Origin: Paramecium tetraurelia
Taxonomy: Eukaryota
Assembly: GCA_000165425.1 (NCBI GenBank)
Contig: CT868007.1
Span: forward strand, 62,001 to 126,000
Direction: 5' to 3'
Length of the DNA stretch: 64,000 nt
Shown piece after piece: positions 15,035-28,031 of the stretch (within the stretch, counting starts at the first letter, position 1; every line of letters starts with the position of its first letter). The position numbers and the translations under genes are program-made. The notes under the pieces were generated by a model. It was given only the letters and a program-made list of their open reading frames with translations, was not told the origin of the DNA and searched no databases.

Positions 15035-15623
15035 TCATGGGTGGATGACAGTTGGGATTTGCTTGTTGATCTATCTGCTTTTCTTTTTACCCTTTGCCAA
15101 GGGATTAAATTTTTAGTGATGAGATCTACATTGAGTAGCTGTTCTAGTCGGAATGAACTGGCTCATTAACTTGAATATTTTTTTTGACTTCTTATCGTAC
15201 TTCGACCTTAAAATAGACTCATGACTCTTGACGAATTCTAGATATGATAAATGTTCTTGTTTGGTCCAATGTCCTATACTTAATGAGAATAGGTACCATT
15301 TACTCTTGATTGAGACTCGTCATCACCCAAATTGCACTTTTCCTCCAGTCCATAGTCAACTTCAGTTAAATGATTGTTTTGGGCAGTATTCGTGATATTT
15401 GGCGATTCAATCTATTGCTGAGTTATTCCATTATTCAAAACGAATGGCGTTTCGTACTTATATGAGGGCAGCTACATGGTAGGGGTCAATTATTAACACA
15501 TCACTTTATAACTTATAATGGATCAATATTACTGTATTAGATCATTTATTGTTGGTGCAAGTAATAGAAGGGATTGTAATATTAGCTTTGTGAGTATAAA
15601 TTGCACATTAGATCAGGATTCAT
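15035..15623 (-). CDS. Myb/SANT DNA-binding protein (SHAQKYF-like)
   Basis: GHWTKQEHLSYLEFV...FKLMSQFIPTRTATQCRSHHQKF; 2 introns inferred. Confidence 0.85.
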
Positions 15624-17035
15624 CTGAATGAAATTTTGGTATTTCAAAAATAAATTATTAATTAATTTAATTTATTATAATCAGGCTATTAAGAATGATA
15701 CGACGATTTCGTTTACATGTGTTCTATCTTCATGTGAACAATTATTAATCATAAATAATATCTATTTAAATTCTAATTCAAATGTATTTCTAATAACAAT
15801 TCTCTCAAATACCCAATCTCTACCAGAAACTAAGTCTCAAATAGTTTAAATTTTCATCAAATTTATCAAAGGACTACAAGAACCCTCCTCACTTAAAAAA
15901 TATAATATCATTCAAAATGAGAAGAGATCCCTAAACCTCAAGTACAGACTCCAATATTCAATGGTCTGCTTCTAAGCATTTTCCGATAACTGAATTGATG
16001 TTTGCTAACAGAATTTAAAAATCTTTTTTTCTCTAATAATTATATCTACAAATAAAATGAATTAACCATTAATGAATCTGATGTCTAAAGTGAGCTTCTT
16101 TGAGTATAAAAATGAAATTAGGTTAGCCTGGTACATTTTTTATTTAAAAATTCATAACTAAATTTATAAATTGCTATTTTTATTTGTAAGGCACTTCATT
16201 AAATAATTACAGATGGTTGAGGGTTCTGAAACAAATGAAAAATCAAAAGTCAACAAAATTTTAACAAAATATTTGAATGTTCTGCAAAGTTATACAGTAA
16301 TATTCAAAATTTGATAAAATTATTAGAATCTAATTTTGACATGATAGAAGAAAGAATAATTGAAGCTTAAAAGTGTTGTTCCTTTGTTATGAAACTAAAA
16401 TAGATTTTGTTATTGATTACATAGAAAATGCAATTCAATTGCAATGTGAATTATTAATCCGAATATAAGCTAGTATAAAATATTATCTTAATTATTGTAG
16501 AAATATCTAGGAGTATACTACTCACCAAATTATCAAAACATTGTAAGATATTCCAATATTAGTCACATATTTGAAGTTTATTAAGTAAACCTTAAAGGAT
16601 AGTAATCAAATACTTGTATTTGTTTAAAGAATAAATAGTTCAGAAATGTTAATTAATTTTTTAAAACAATCTTAAGACTAATCATAAATAAACACAAACG
16701 ATTATTCTAGAATGTAAATATTTAACAGTTACCAATTAAAACCGAATTTCGCTTCAAGAATATTGAAACCTTAATCAGTATTATATCTACAATGTATAAA
16801 TAAGAATTTTACAATTTTGACATCTCAATTATTTTCACAATATTACTCTCAAGTACCAAATTATTTATAATATTTATATGAATATCTCCAACAGTTAGAA
16901 TAATTTAATTGGGATAATAATTTTGATTCTAATGGCAGAAAAAGTAATTGAAACACAGCAGCTATTATGTCAACATTAACTATACAAAAAGAGAATTGAT
17001 ATATATATTGTTATTCAATTGTAATTAATTATTTA

Positions 17036-18604
17036 ATGTCTCTATAACATTTATAAACAATAAAGGAAGAAAGGCATTCCTAAGAAAACATGGACTTAGC
17101 CCAAAACCTTTTGGATAAACCTAAAGATGTATAATTGCATTGAGTAAGTAGAGGGAACGTGAAGCTGACGAAGATGAGCAATTTCTTCCAGATGAATAGA
17201 AGGACGTGAGTGATGAAGATGTTCAAGATTAATAACAGAAATAAGAAAATTTCAAAAGCTTTGTTGTTGGCACTGGAATGGGTGGATTCTTGTTTGAAGA
17301 GACATTCGGTTTTGATGATAAGAAATAGAAGAATAATAATAAGTAAATCAAGAGATTGACTTTGAACACTCGAATTACATAGATAGTAGGACTGAATAAG
17401 TTAGCAGATGATGAAGAAGATGACCATTAACTTTATGAGAAAATTCCTTAGTATTTAGCTTGGGGTATCATTTTTTATGCATCTTTCAATAACGCTATGA
17501 TGCCTCCATGGATTATGACAATACCGGCTGAAAAGGTAACTAGTAATATAAATCAAGTACTTACGTATTGCTTGGAGATTTTTATTGTAAGGAATATTCC
17601 TTATCCCTTTTATCATGTATGAATACCGAACAGGAAATGAAAAAGTTAAGTCAGCTTATACCTCAGAATTTCTGCTGAGGTGGACCCACATGAGGAAAGT
17701 GTATATGGCAAGTTTGACAACAACCGTAACTTTTGCTGTATTCCTGTTTTGTTTTGATTATACTAATATTTCAAGTGTCTTTGTATTGGGGTCTCAGACT
17801 AATTTTTGGTTGTCTGTCTTTAGAAAAAAAGAAAATAACCACAACATCGAAGGGGGAGGTAAAATCATGTGTGTCGTTGGGTAGAATAATATGTTATTAA
17901 TAGATATCTGCTTATTTGTTTAGATTCATATATGTTAGATACTGATACCATTCCTGATTCAGCCAAAAGCTATATTAATCCTTTGTTGTACAAAAGACCA
18001 ATCTGGATGAGAATTATGATTGGAAATACCATACCAGTAATATTTCATTCTTATTCCTAGTTCTTAGCTTCTATCATCTTGGCTGAATTATCAAAGGCTA
18101 ATCAAGATCTCAGAACTGTATTTCCTCCTTTCCTCGCTAATTTTTGTGTAGCATTTTTTGTTTGTCTGAATATGTGTATGGTTTCATTCTTCATGGATGG
18201 CACATCAATTAATTTTGATTCCCGATGGGGTTGGTTTGGATTGTTTCAAAATGGAAAATTCATGGGCTTTTTGTACAAATGTTATTTCTTATTCTATTAG
18301 CTACATGTCTACCATGTTAAGCATTGGAGTTTTCATCTCTTCTATCTTAATCAGTAAGCTATTTGAACCTATTGTACCGGCTACTGCTGCCTTATTTGAA
18401 CCTGTCATCACAGCTATCTTGTGTGACATTGCTACTGTTCAATATTATCCCTCTGCTATTGCCTGTTTTGGCTATGTATTTCTATTGCCTGGCTAATTTA
18501 TTATTATTGTTGGATAGCATATATTGAAAAAGCAGCAAGAACAAGAACAAAAATAAAAAATAGAATAACAATAGCAAATTCATGCTTCTAGAGCTCAACA
18601 ATGA
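17036..18604 (+). CDS. Drug/metabolite transporter (EamA/DMT-like) membrane protein
   Basis: Acidic N-terminus, then about 10 hydrophobic segments including IAWRFLLQGIFLIPF and AALFEPVITAIL; several tiny introns. Confidence 0.78.
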
Positions 18605-18652
18605 TTTACAAATTCAAAAGTAAAATTTAAACTTGATTTTTTTTATTAATTA

Positions 18653-19223
18653 ATGAAGTTAAACAATAATATTTAACGATTAAATTATGTTCCTGTTCCA
18701 AAAAAGATTAATGAACCTATCACAAAGCTCTCAGTAACCTATTAGACTTAAACCTAAGTTCTATTCATAGCAGAAGGAAAATATGCCTGTCCAAAGAGAT
18801 CTACCTAAAGTGAATTTGATAAACAAATTGAATGAAGCCTCGAAAATTCCGAAGCCTCAACCTAAGCAATAAGTTCAAATTACCTAAAAGACGATTTCCA
18901 AGGATATTTGGCACAAAAAGTCAGTCTCCATGAAAATGAGAAATGCTAATTTAAAAGATGGCAAGAAGATAGTTTGTGGATAACTAATAAAATATAAAAA
19001 AGGCGATTAGATCTATGCTTTTAGATGTATCAAAGATACTATGAAATAATGCAAATTAAAAGATATTTAGTAAGATCATGATGTTGATACCGATGATGAA
19101 TAAATTTTCATTGCCACCAAAAACATGTTTACCAGCTTATGTTAAAGCATTAAAAGAGAGCTGTTTCACAATGAAGATAATTAAAACGAAAACAAAATTG
19201 TATTAGATGATGATCTTTTGTGA
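18653..19223 (+). CDS. Hypothetical protein
   Basis: MKLNNNIQRLNYVPVPKK..., intron at about 18734-18758, contains QDHDVDTDDEQIFIA, ends DDDLL*. Confidence 0.65.
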
Positions 19224-20010
19224 TTTATTAACAACTTTTACCATTAATTATGAACAACCTATATTAACAAATTTCTTTTTCAAAATTGACTATATTTCTA
19301 CTTTTAATTATTTATCAGCAGGCTTTTAAATGAGTTGAGAAGGTAGCTATGCATTTTTACTGCAATTGAAGGCAGTTAAACATTTATTTAAGAGATATAT
19401 CTCATATGAATTATTTTGAATAATTTAAATGTATTACTCTAGTTCACTTTAAGATTTAAAGCAATATTCCATGTAATAAAAATAATTTGTAATTAATGGT
19501 GACTATTATAGATAAATTCCTTATATATTCCTAATATTTTAAAAGTAATTTTAATTCCCTCTTTTCTAATAATATGGGTAGAACAAAATCACAATTATTG
19601 CATTAATACTCATTAATAAATTAATGATTATTATAATTGTAATTAATTCTATGATAGTCTCTGTTATTGATATTAATGTTTAAATTAAGTTTATTTCTAA
19701 AGAAATGTGACAATAGATTAGATTATTCATTTATAAATATTATTATTATCTCATAACTTGTTGTAACTATCATTGTTAATTATACTACTAATATATCTTA
19801 GAATAGTATTTTCAATTTAGAATTCCCTTCTTTAATTTATATATTTCTCAAATTTAGCCACAATCTTTTAAGAAATGAAAAGAATACAATATAGTCGTAA
19901 TAAAAGAATGTAAACAAAGATTATGGCAAAACCTAAATATTAAAGTTTAATAGTCTTAGTATTCTCAGGTTTAATTTTAATATATTTTATATATATTAAA
20001 AAAAGAGATA

Positions 20011-20434
20011 ATGTTCTTAATTTTATCTTAGGAAGACCATCCCCTTTACGAAAGAAGATTTCCCTTAAAAAAAACCACTCTAGTTAGTTAGTAAGTACTA
20101 AATGCATAATTCATTTTACATGCTGCCTTAGATGTATTCGATGAAAAATATAAATCATCCAAAGAATTGTATAAATTAACAATTAACAAGATTCCTCAAA
20201 GAGATTGATTAAAAACAAGACTATAGAGTATATGGCTATGTTACTCCATCGAATATCAGATTTTTAGTATTGACTGATCAAGATGAAGAACGTGTGAAAA
20301 TATTTTGTTAATTAGCACATGAATAATTGATAAAAATCTTAATGAATCCATTATATTAATTGGGAACATAAATTACCTCTCCAAGCTTTGAGTCTGTAAT
20401 TTAATAATTGTTGTAGAATAAATTAAACTAATGA
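20011..20434 (+). CDS. TRAPPC2: TRAPP complex subunit 2 (sedlin/Trs20 family)
   Basis: MFLILSQEDHPLYE...QFILHAALDVFDE...YGYVTPSNIRFLVL...ILMNPLY..ITSPSF matches sedlin-family motifs; one 22-nt intron. Confidence 0.85.
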
Positions 20435-20936
20435 ATAATAAATAAAAAAATACGAATAAATATTGTTTTATATAAAGTAATAAATCATTAAAAATTGTTG
20501 GTTATTATTAAATATTTGATTGACTAATAATATCAATTTAACTATTAGCAATGGCCTTGTTCTTATAAATCATCATTACAATTACATTACTATAAGCTGA
20601 AATTAATGATTAAAACATAATGCCATTATTATTGATCGATAATTAATTTTAACTAATTGAATTTAACATTAATTTATTTGAAATGGAAGAATAAATTTTA
20701 ATGAATATGAAATCCTTCTATTTTATTATTATAGTATGTCTATAATTTGTATTTAACAAATACTATCCTTAATTTCAACTTAACTAGAATTTGTGATAAA
20801 TTATCCTTATTCTATATATTTATTATTTATTAATTATTAAAAATGTGCAATTTTTAAAAAGGCTTTTTTCCAAATAATATAACCACATATTTGATATTTA
20901 GAAAATGCAATAAAAGGTTTGGAAGTAAAATTAAAA

Positions 20937-22493
20937 ATGAAAAAAAAATTAAGTTTATCATCAAAGCCTCTTTCCTATATACAATTGGATGACAAAGGAA
21001 GAAACTCTTATTGCAAAAGTCACTGTTTGAAGTATGAACAATTTGAGTATAGAAATGGGAACTGTTATATTTGTTGTGAGTAAAAGGAATGCAATTAGGA
21101 TAATGAACCATTAAGTAGGGCTGAAATAATTACTCTGTTAAATTAAATTTTATCATAAACAATTTCAGATGAGTATAAGTAGTAATAAAAGCAGAAGATA
21201 AACAGTTTTAGAGAAGATGTTAATAAATCAATTGAGCTTTATTGCGATAGAGTAATTCAAAATTTGGAAAAGAACTGCGAATTGCAAAATCAAATAAATT
21301 AAAAAGTCAAATTTATTTTAGAAAATGTTGAAAATCAAGATATTAATCAATTAGCATATGAGATATTATCTACTTAATAGTTGGATTGCGTTAGTGCAAA
21401 GATAGGAGTTGCAGCTCCATTGACTCAAGAATTTTATAGATTGCTAACCAAATGTGAAACTACTTTAAATTGTATTCACTCCCTGACGTAAGACGATCAC
21501 AAGAATGGAAATAATGAATACCATGTCCTGAAAAACTAGCTTGATCTTGTCAAAATGAAAAATATGCAATTTTTAAGACAACATGAAATAAGTATCAGAT
21601 CATCAAAATAGTGCATAAAGAGAATCTACTAAGATATTAAGAACTAATAAATCATCGCAGTGTCGCCAGGATAAGAATTAAACAATCAAATTACTATTAT
21701 TAAGCCAAGTTAATACAGTTTGTTTGGCTAATTTGAAACTTTGAAAAATGCCATTCCAGCAGAATTGTTTTGCATAAGTCCAAATGGTGAATTTTATGCA
21801 TGGGGAAGTAACACAAAGATTCAAATCTATTAGTTGTAGACCAAAATATACAAATAGATAAATTGCCATTCAACTCTAGATTCGATTGTATTCAATATTG
21901 TTAATGATTTTGTCATCAGTACACAAGATTAGAAGATCAATTTTTGGAGTTTAAATGATAAGAATTGGGAATTCAATTGTTCTTTTAATATGTTACCAGA
22001 GAGAGTTCACGATTTGACATTTATAGAAGATGGGAAAAAACTCATATGCAAATCAACATCTAAATTGACAATTTTGATTAAAGAAAATTAGAGTTGGATA
22101 ATTTATTAGTAAATTCATCAAAGTTTCACTACAATATTATGGAATCAAGTGTATTCAATGATCATAACATCAAATCAGAAGGATCAAATCTAAATTTGGT
22201 AAAGAAATAAAAAAGGGCTGTTTCAATTGATTTCTACTGAATGGGATCCAGAATATAAAAGAACTAATAATGAGGTTAACTCTTTATAGGCAAATGATGA
22301 TGGTTCATTGATATCTTAATGCTAGAATAACAAGTTGAAGGTTTGGCAAGTTTAAGAAGATGGTAGGTTGGAAGTAATTTTTGAATAAGAAGTGGATGAA
22401 AACAATATCTTCATAACGAACGATTTTATGAACTTATTAGCCTAAAATGAGAAGTCCTTAGTTTGGTACCAATTAATAAATGATGAATAATGA
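20937..22493 (+). CDS. Cys/His-rich N-terminus, coiled coil and degenerate WD40 beta-propeller protein
   Basis: Apparently intronless frame; CKSHC...CYICCEQKEC, then blades ending KINFW, QIQIW, KLKVW and SLVWY. Confidence 0.7.
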
Positions 22494-22987
22494 AAATTTT
22501 AAATTCATTATTTTTAAATTTGTAATATTGATAATCAATAATATTATTTATATATTGCAATTTCTAATATCATAATCATCGAAGATATTTAAGAATGAAT
22601 TTATTTTGTCAAATTATGAATTACTAGGTGGATCATCATTAATTCCAAAAATGAAAAAGCCAATTAATGAAAACTGTTGATATTGTATTAACCATTATCA
22701 AATAAAATTAATAAGTTAATTACTAACATTTGTTATGTGTAAAATTGATTTCAATTATCATATATATAAATATTTGATTATAGAGGGGATGCAGTGCTAC
22801 CTTATTAATTTAATTAAAATTTGCTATATTTGACGCAGCAACTTTCTTTATTCTAGAAATTTCGATTAATCATTGAAATTGATTTAGAATAAAAATTCTA
22901 GAAGATTTAATCATTTTGAGTTAAAATAAGGATATAATCTAATTTTTGACTTGGATAATGAAAATTTTAATTTGAAATATATAAATT

Positions 22988-24807
22988 ATGTTTTTAATTA
23001 TTTTTGTTTTTGTGTGCTAAGTTATAGGAGAAGAATTATTAAATTTGTCTACGAAAACATTTTTCATTGAAAGTGAGGTGAAGGGAGTGAAGGAGGTTAT
23101 TCAGGGATCACGATAATTTATTACAGATTTTGAAAATGCTGAATTTGCTATCAATATAGAATTGCAAGGTAATAATAGTTAGCCTTGGGATATATGCTTT
23201 TCATAGTAAGGTTCAATTGAATTTGCAGATTACGAGAATCATCATACATTAATTTATAATGCAACTCATAATCCAGATGAGGAACATGCAAATGACCCAT
23301 CATATTATTTAAGTACACCAATTTTGGTTAACATGGTGAAAACAAACTAAGGTTTGATGATTGCCACAAGCGACCATACTTTATTGAATTATAACATTAC
23401 ATAGGATCCATAAAGTATAGTTGGATTTAAAACGCAGCTTTTGCAAGAATATGACTACGATTACCTAAGAAGTGAGGCAACTGAAGCCGAAGTCCCTTAA
23501 ATTGTATATGCTCCTATTTTTGAATATGTATTTTTGATATACAGAGATTAAATATTGAAGGGTAAAATTTAACCAAATATGACTCTATAAAATTGTTCTA
23601 TTGGCAGTGGATTGGAAAACGACAATAATTTTATTGGATAAATCAAGATTCTAAATAATTATATGTTTGTTCCTTTGGGCAGAGATGGGTTGGACATTTA
23701 TTAGATTAATAAAGATGGTGATATAAGTCTTAAGTTGTCTATGAATTCCTTCGATTTTTATAACAAGGATTTAACAATTAGTTTAGTTGATGTTGTATTT
23801 AGTCAATCTAGCACATCAAGTGATACTTATGCTTTCATTTTAGATAGCATTCATGGTGTTACGAAGTTTCTTGTCAAAACTAATGAACAGTAAATAACTA
23901 TGGATAGAGATGAGAAGTTTGGACTTGTGAATGTCAGATCTGGTTTAGCTATTGCAGTTTAACCTGATGATTTTCTATTGATATTAAAAGAAGTGTAATA
24001 ATATATTTCATTATTTTTAGTGGAATCAATCAATAATTGGTTGAAATTGGATTCAAGGATGAAGGTTGGTTCGAAGTCAAGACACATTTCTTAACTGGAC
24101 AATACTTTGATATTACAATTTCCAAATAGTTTGTACTTCTAAGAGGCAAATCTGAACACAGGATTGTGAGAACTGGGGTTTATGAAGAATTTGAACCAGA
24201 GTTTAAGTTCTACACTCAAGATGACTATTTCACTGAAAAGGCCAATTCCTTCTATGAAGATTACGTATTCGTTCCAAAACTATAGAATGTATAATTCTAT
24301 GATTCAGATTTCGTAACTGAAGGAACTCCTAATTCATGGTCATTCTAAAAAAGTTATCCATATTTACTCGGTTTAACCTAACATTATATTGTGGAATTAC
24401 CATATATAATAAGGAATCCTTAGATTTATTGCAATCCTCGATCTGAGTTAGATGTTGGAAACATTTATAAATATGATATTCTGATGAATGCCACTTCTTG
24501 CCCTGAAAAAGATAAGTATTTGGAAGAAAATCCAACTGTGCCATATCAAACCATTCAGTGTTCATATAAGAATACTTTTTAAGTCAAGGTAGTATTAGCA
24601 TAGGCAAAGATATATAACACTCAAGAGTTGATTGCAGTTATTATTGGACTCATAATTCTACTGATTTTATTGGCATTCCTATTAGCTTATTTGTATCGAA
24701 AATACAAAGTCAAAGAAGAAGGCCTTACTAGTCAAGTGTCGGGATTTGATAACCAAAAGGGATATGATTTGGAACCAAATGATGCTCCTGCTACTCAGGG
24801 ATTATGA
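22988..24807 (+). CDS. Type I membrane protein (signal peptide, beta-rich ectodomain, single TM, short tail)
   Basis: MFLIIFVFVCQVIG signal; TM LIAVIIGLIILLILLAFLLAYLY followed by RKYK; tail ends GYDLEPNDAPATQGL*; intron at about 23995-24020. Confidence 0.8.
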
Positions 24808-25269
24808 ATTGTAATGTTTTATTATTATTGTAATTATTATATACGAGGTTAATGGGCATAGCAATTACATTTCTAGTTTCGAGTGATCAACTCATAACTA
24901 CCACTTTCTTTTATTAATAAAATAGGAGAGAGAGACCTATACTTTTTTATAGTATAAATATATTTAAATTATGATTTACTGTGAAAAATAGGGTGTTTGG
25001 TGTGAGTATCAAAATGGGATGAGCTTACAATTGCAATTGGGTTATCGTATTTATTTGTTAAATTCACAGGAACTTTCACTTATTTTGATTATGCAAAATA
25101 TACGTCATGAAAATTCAATTATTTTTACATGCTTTGATTATAACTAAATTCTAATTAATTTATTAAAATAGTCCGTCATTCATTTAGTCATTTTTGCTAC
25201 TCTGAACGTATTGATATACGTTTACTTTAAATCTTGAAAGCATTTAATTAAATAATTTTGAAAAAGAAC

Positions 25270-27038
25270 ATGCAAAACATACAAATTAACTATGGTGAGG
25301 TAGTTTACCATATAGTTTGTCAGAGAGAACATCTAGTTCAAGACATCTACTACCATTTGTACGTCTTTACGAATGCTATTACATTGTCAACTGTAATTCT
25401 ATAGAGTTATGATTTAATAATAGGAAATCGAATGTCCTACTCCAAAGTACATGGTGCCAATAAATTTAGAGAATAACATCCATTGGGTCAGAAATAATCA
25501 GAGAGTCTTGACTCAATTCGGCGTTGAGTATAAAGGAACAGTCAAATATTTCACAGCTCCAGAATAAGAACTAAAAATGTTCAAGAGAATAATCAAAAAC
25601 AGAATTATGTACAGAGAAGTCAGCGACTTCTATCAACCATTAAAACTCTTGGGCAAGGGAGGCTCATCCAAAGTATGTTATTTAACTCAAATTTTAGGTT
25701 TATTTGGTATAGGAAAAGGACAATTCAGCAGAGTTTGCATCCAAATGTATTGAGAAAAGGTATCTCAGAGAAGATGGTGGTTATGTAAGAATTACTCTCC
25801 TATTTTAAGACTGCCTTATTCAATGAAATCACAATCATGTCCAACCTAGACAACGAGTAAATCGTCAAACTTGAAGAAGTCTATGAAGGAGACAACACAT
25901 TTTATCTCATACTTGAGTATTTGAAGGGACCAAGTCTACATGACTTATGTAATAGTAGAAGTACAACATAGCCTTTGTCTTGGGAGTAGATTAAACAAAT
26001 TATGTGGGTACTTTAATATGTTTAAATATTTATAGCAATTACTCAAAGGGGTAACTCATATGCATAGTTTAAACATCATGCATCGAGATCTCAAACCAGA
26101 GAATATCATGTTTAAGGAACACGGATCCGTCTAAGGTCTTAGAATAGTTGATTTTGGCTTGGCAACAAATACAAATGTAGAAAAATACCCATTCCCAAAA
26201 TGTGGAACTCCTGGATATGTTGCTCCAGAAATTGCTAATCTCAAAGATCTCACTCTAAAATACGATAAGATCTGTGATATGTTTAGTGTTGGTTGCATCT
26301 TCTATAAATTGTAAGCAATTGTTTTTATCATTCAGGATTACCCAGAAAGATTTATTCCCAGGAATTGACTATCACGAAATTCTTAAACTGAACAAAAAGT
26401 GCTACGTCAATCTTGATAACCTTCAGATGTTCAAGGCTCCCTCTTCAGCTGTCGAACTCATCTCTTAAATGCTTAATTCCAATCCTAGTCTAAGAATCTC
26501 TGCTTAAAAAGCCTTAGAACACTTATTCTTTGTTCAAAGTCCCTAAGCTGATATTAGAATTAGCTTTTAGACAAAAAAGCGATTAGACCCTTAGAACAAA
26601 TTATGGTAGACTTAACTTTTCAAAAACATCAAATCAGATAAAATTCAGCTTCCTGAGATTCCTGTCAAGCATAGGTAATAAGCAAAAGAGGATGAGGTGG
26701 TTGAAGATGAGAAAGTGTGCATAAATGTTCCTGTTATGAAAAGCCCAAGATTCCAACAATAAATTAAATAGAAAAATATTAATCTCATTGATAGTTAACC
26801 TTCAACTCCCAGAACCAAATAAATTAAGAAATACTCAACTCAGGACTATGATTTATCATCTGATGCTTCATCTCCTGATTCAGCTAGAATGAGACCAACT
26901 ATTGTCCTTAAAAATGTACCTCAAAGCTCTGCTAAGGCTCAAACTCCAAGAGCTCGACCAAGCAAATAAATCATTTTACAAAGACAATTGTCAAATCAAC
27001 CTATTGAGGAAGTAAATGAAGAAGAAGCCAAAGCTTGA
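25270..27038 (+). CDS. CAMK-group Ser/Thr kinase with PH-like N-terminal region
   Basis: LGKGGSSKV, FASKC, HRDLKPEN, VDFGLA, CGTPGYVAPE and DMFSVG motifs; multiple tiny introns; low-complexity C-terminal tail. Confidence 0.92.
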
Positions 27039-27224
27039 ACATAGTTGAAACTAACTTGAATTATATATTGAAATTAATTGTGTATAATTTTATTATAAAT
27101 ATCATAATTATAATTTAATAGTTGAATTTGTAATTCATTTATGATTCATAATTTATGTAATTAGTAATTCACAAAATAACAGAAAAAATGAAAAGAACAT
27201 TGTTTTATTTTATTAGAATACTCA

Positions 27225-27819
27225 TCAGTTCCCTGCATCTTTCTGCTTTTTCTTTTCTATCCCATTTTTAGAAAGTTAAATTAATACGTTATTTACGTGA
27301 TCAGCTGTCTTAGCACTACATTCAGCAAACTGTAAATTATGTGACTGGCAATACTCTTATGCTTTAGCAGTCTCAACTCTTTTATATAGATATAACTCTA
27401 ATTTACTATTTCTATTCTTCCAAATCATTTTTATTTCCAATCACCAACAATTAAACGTTCTTCTCTCCGTATTTTTTAGTTTCAGGCAACCAATACTTGT
27501 CTATTTCCTCAAAAGTATCTGCTTAGGTAACATCATAAACCATTATTATGGCTTCTGCCCCCTTAATATAAGTATAGATCAATCTAACCTTGTAATATGC
27601 ACTTGTAATTGTTCTGAATCTCTCCTATCCTGCAGTATCCCAAATCTGTAACTTTACATTGTTGTCCTCCAGATGCAGAGTTCTCTATCTGAAATCCACA
27701 CTAAGAGATTAGGATTCACTAAATTAGTCACCAGCGAATCTCTATATTAAAGAACTCTTTCCAACCCCAAGATTACCTGTCAGGACAAACTTGAACTAAT
27801 GATCCTTTTATTTGATCAT
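27225..27819 (-). CDS. Divergent Rab1-like small GTPase
   Basis: GNLGVGKS, WDTAGQERFRTITSAYYK, IGNKND and ECSAK motifs; ends GIEKKKQKDAGN* with no Cys; 2 introns. Confidence 0.9.
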
Positions 27820-28031
27820 TTATGATTTCTTTCCAAATATTAATATTTAAATATCCTTCTAAGGATCATATATAGTGCAAATGCGCGATAACAAACTGAC
27901 GCAATAACTTAGTGTAAAAAAGGAAAGAATAATATTATATATATATCGAGGTTAAATTTTATTTAAGTTTCTCTTTTAATTCACTCAAAATTTAATTAAA
28001 ATAATTATTGAAGTGATTTTTACTTGAAAAT

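Noticed and set aside
15650..17030. TGA-free stretch at about 16330-16880(+) and short ORFs near 15918 and 16213
   Set aside because: With a single stop codon in AT-rich DNA, such frames arise by chance; no motif or clear start.
22491..22680. Possible TGA=Trp readthrough after the WD40-like gene
   Set aside because: The gene ends naturally after a complete final blade (SLVWYQLINDEQ*), and Trp is TGG throughout the window.
24971..25237. 88-codon + strand ORF upstream of the kinase
   Set aside because: No homology cue or intron support; likely a chance ORF.
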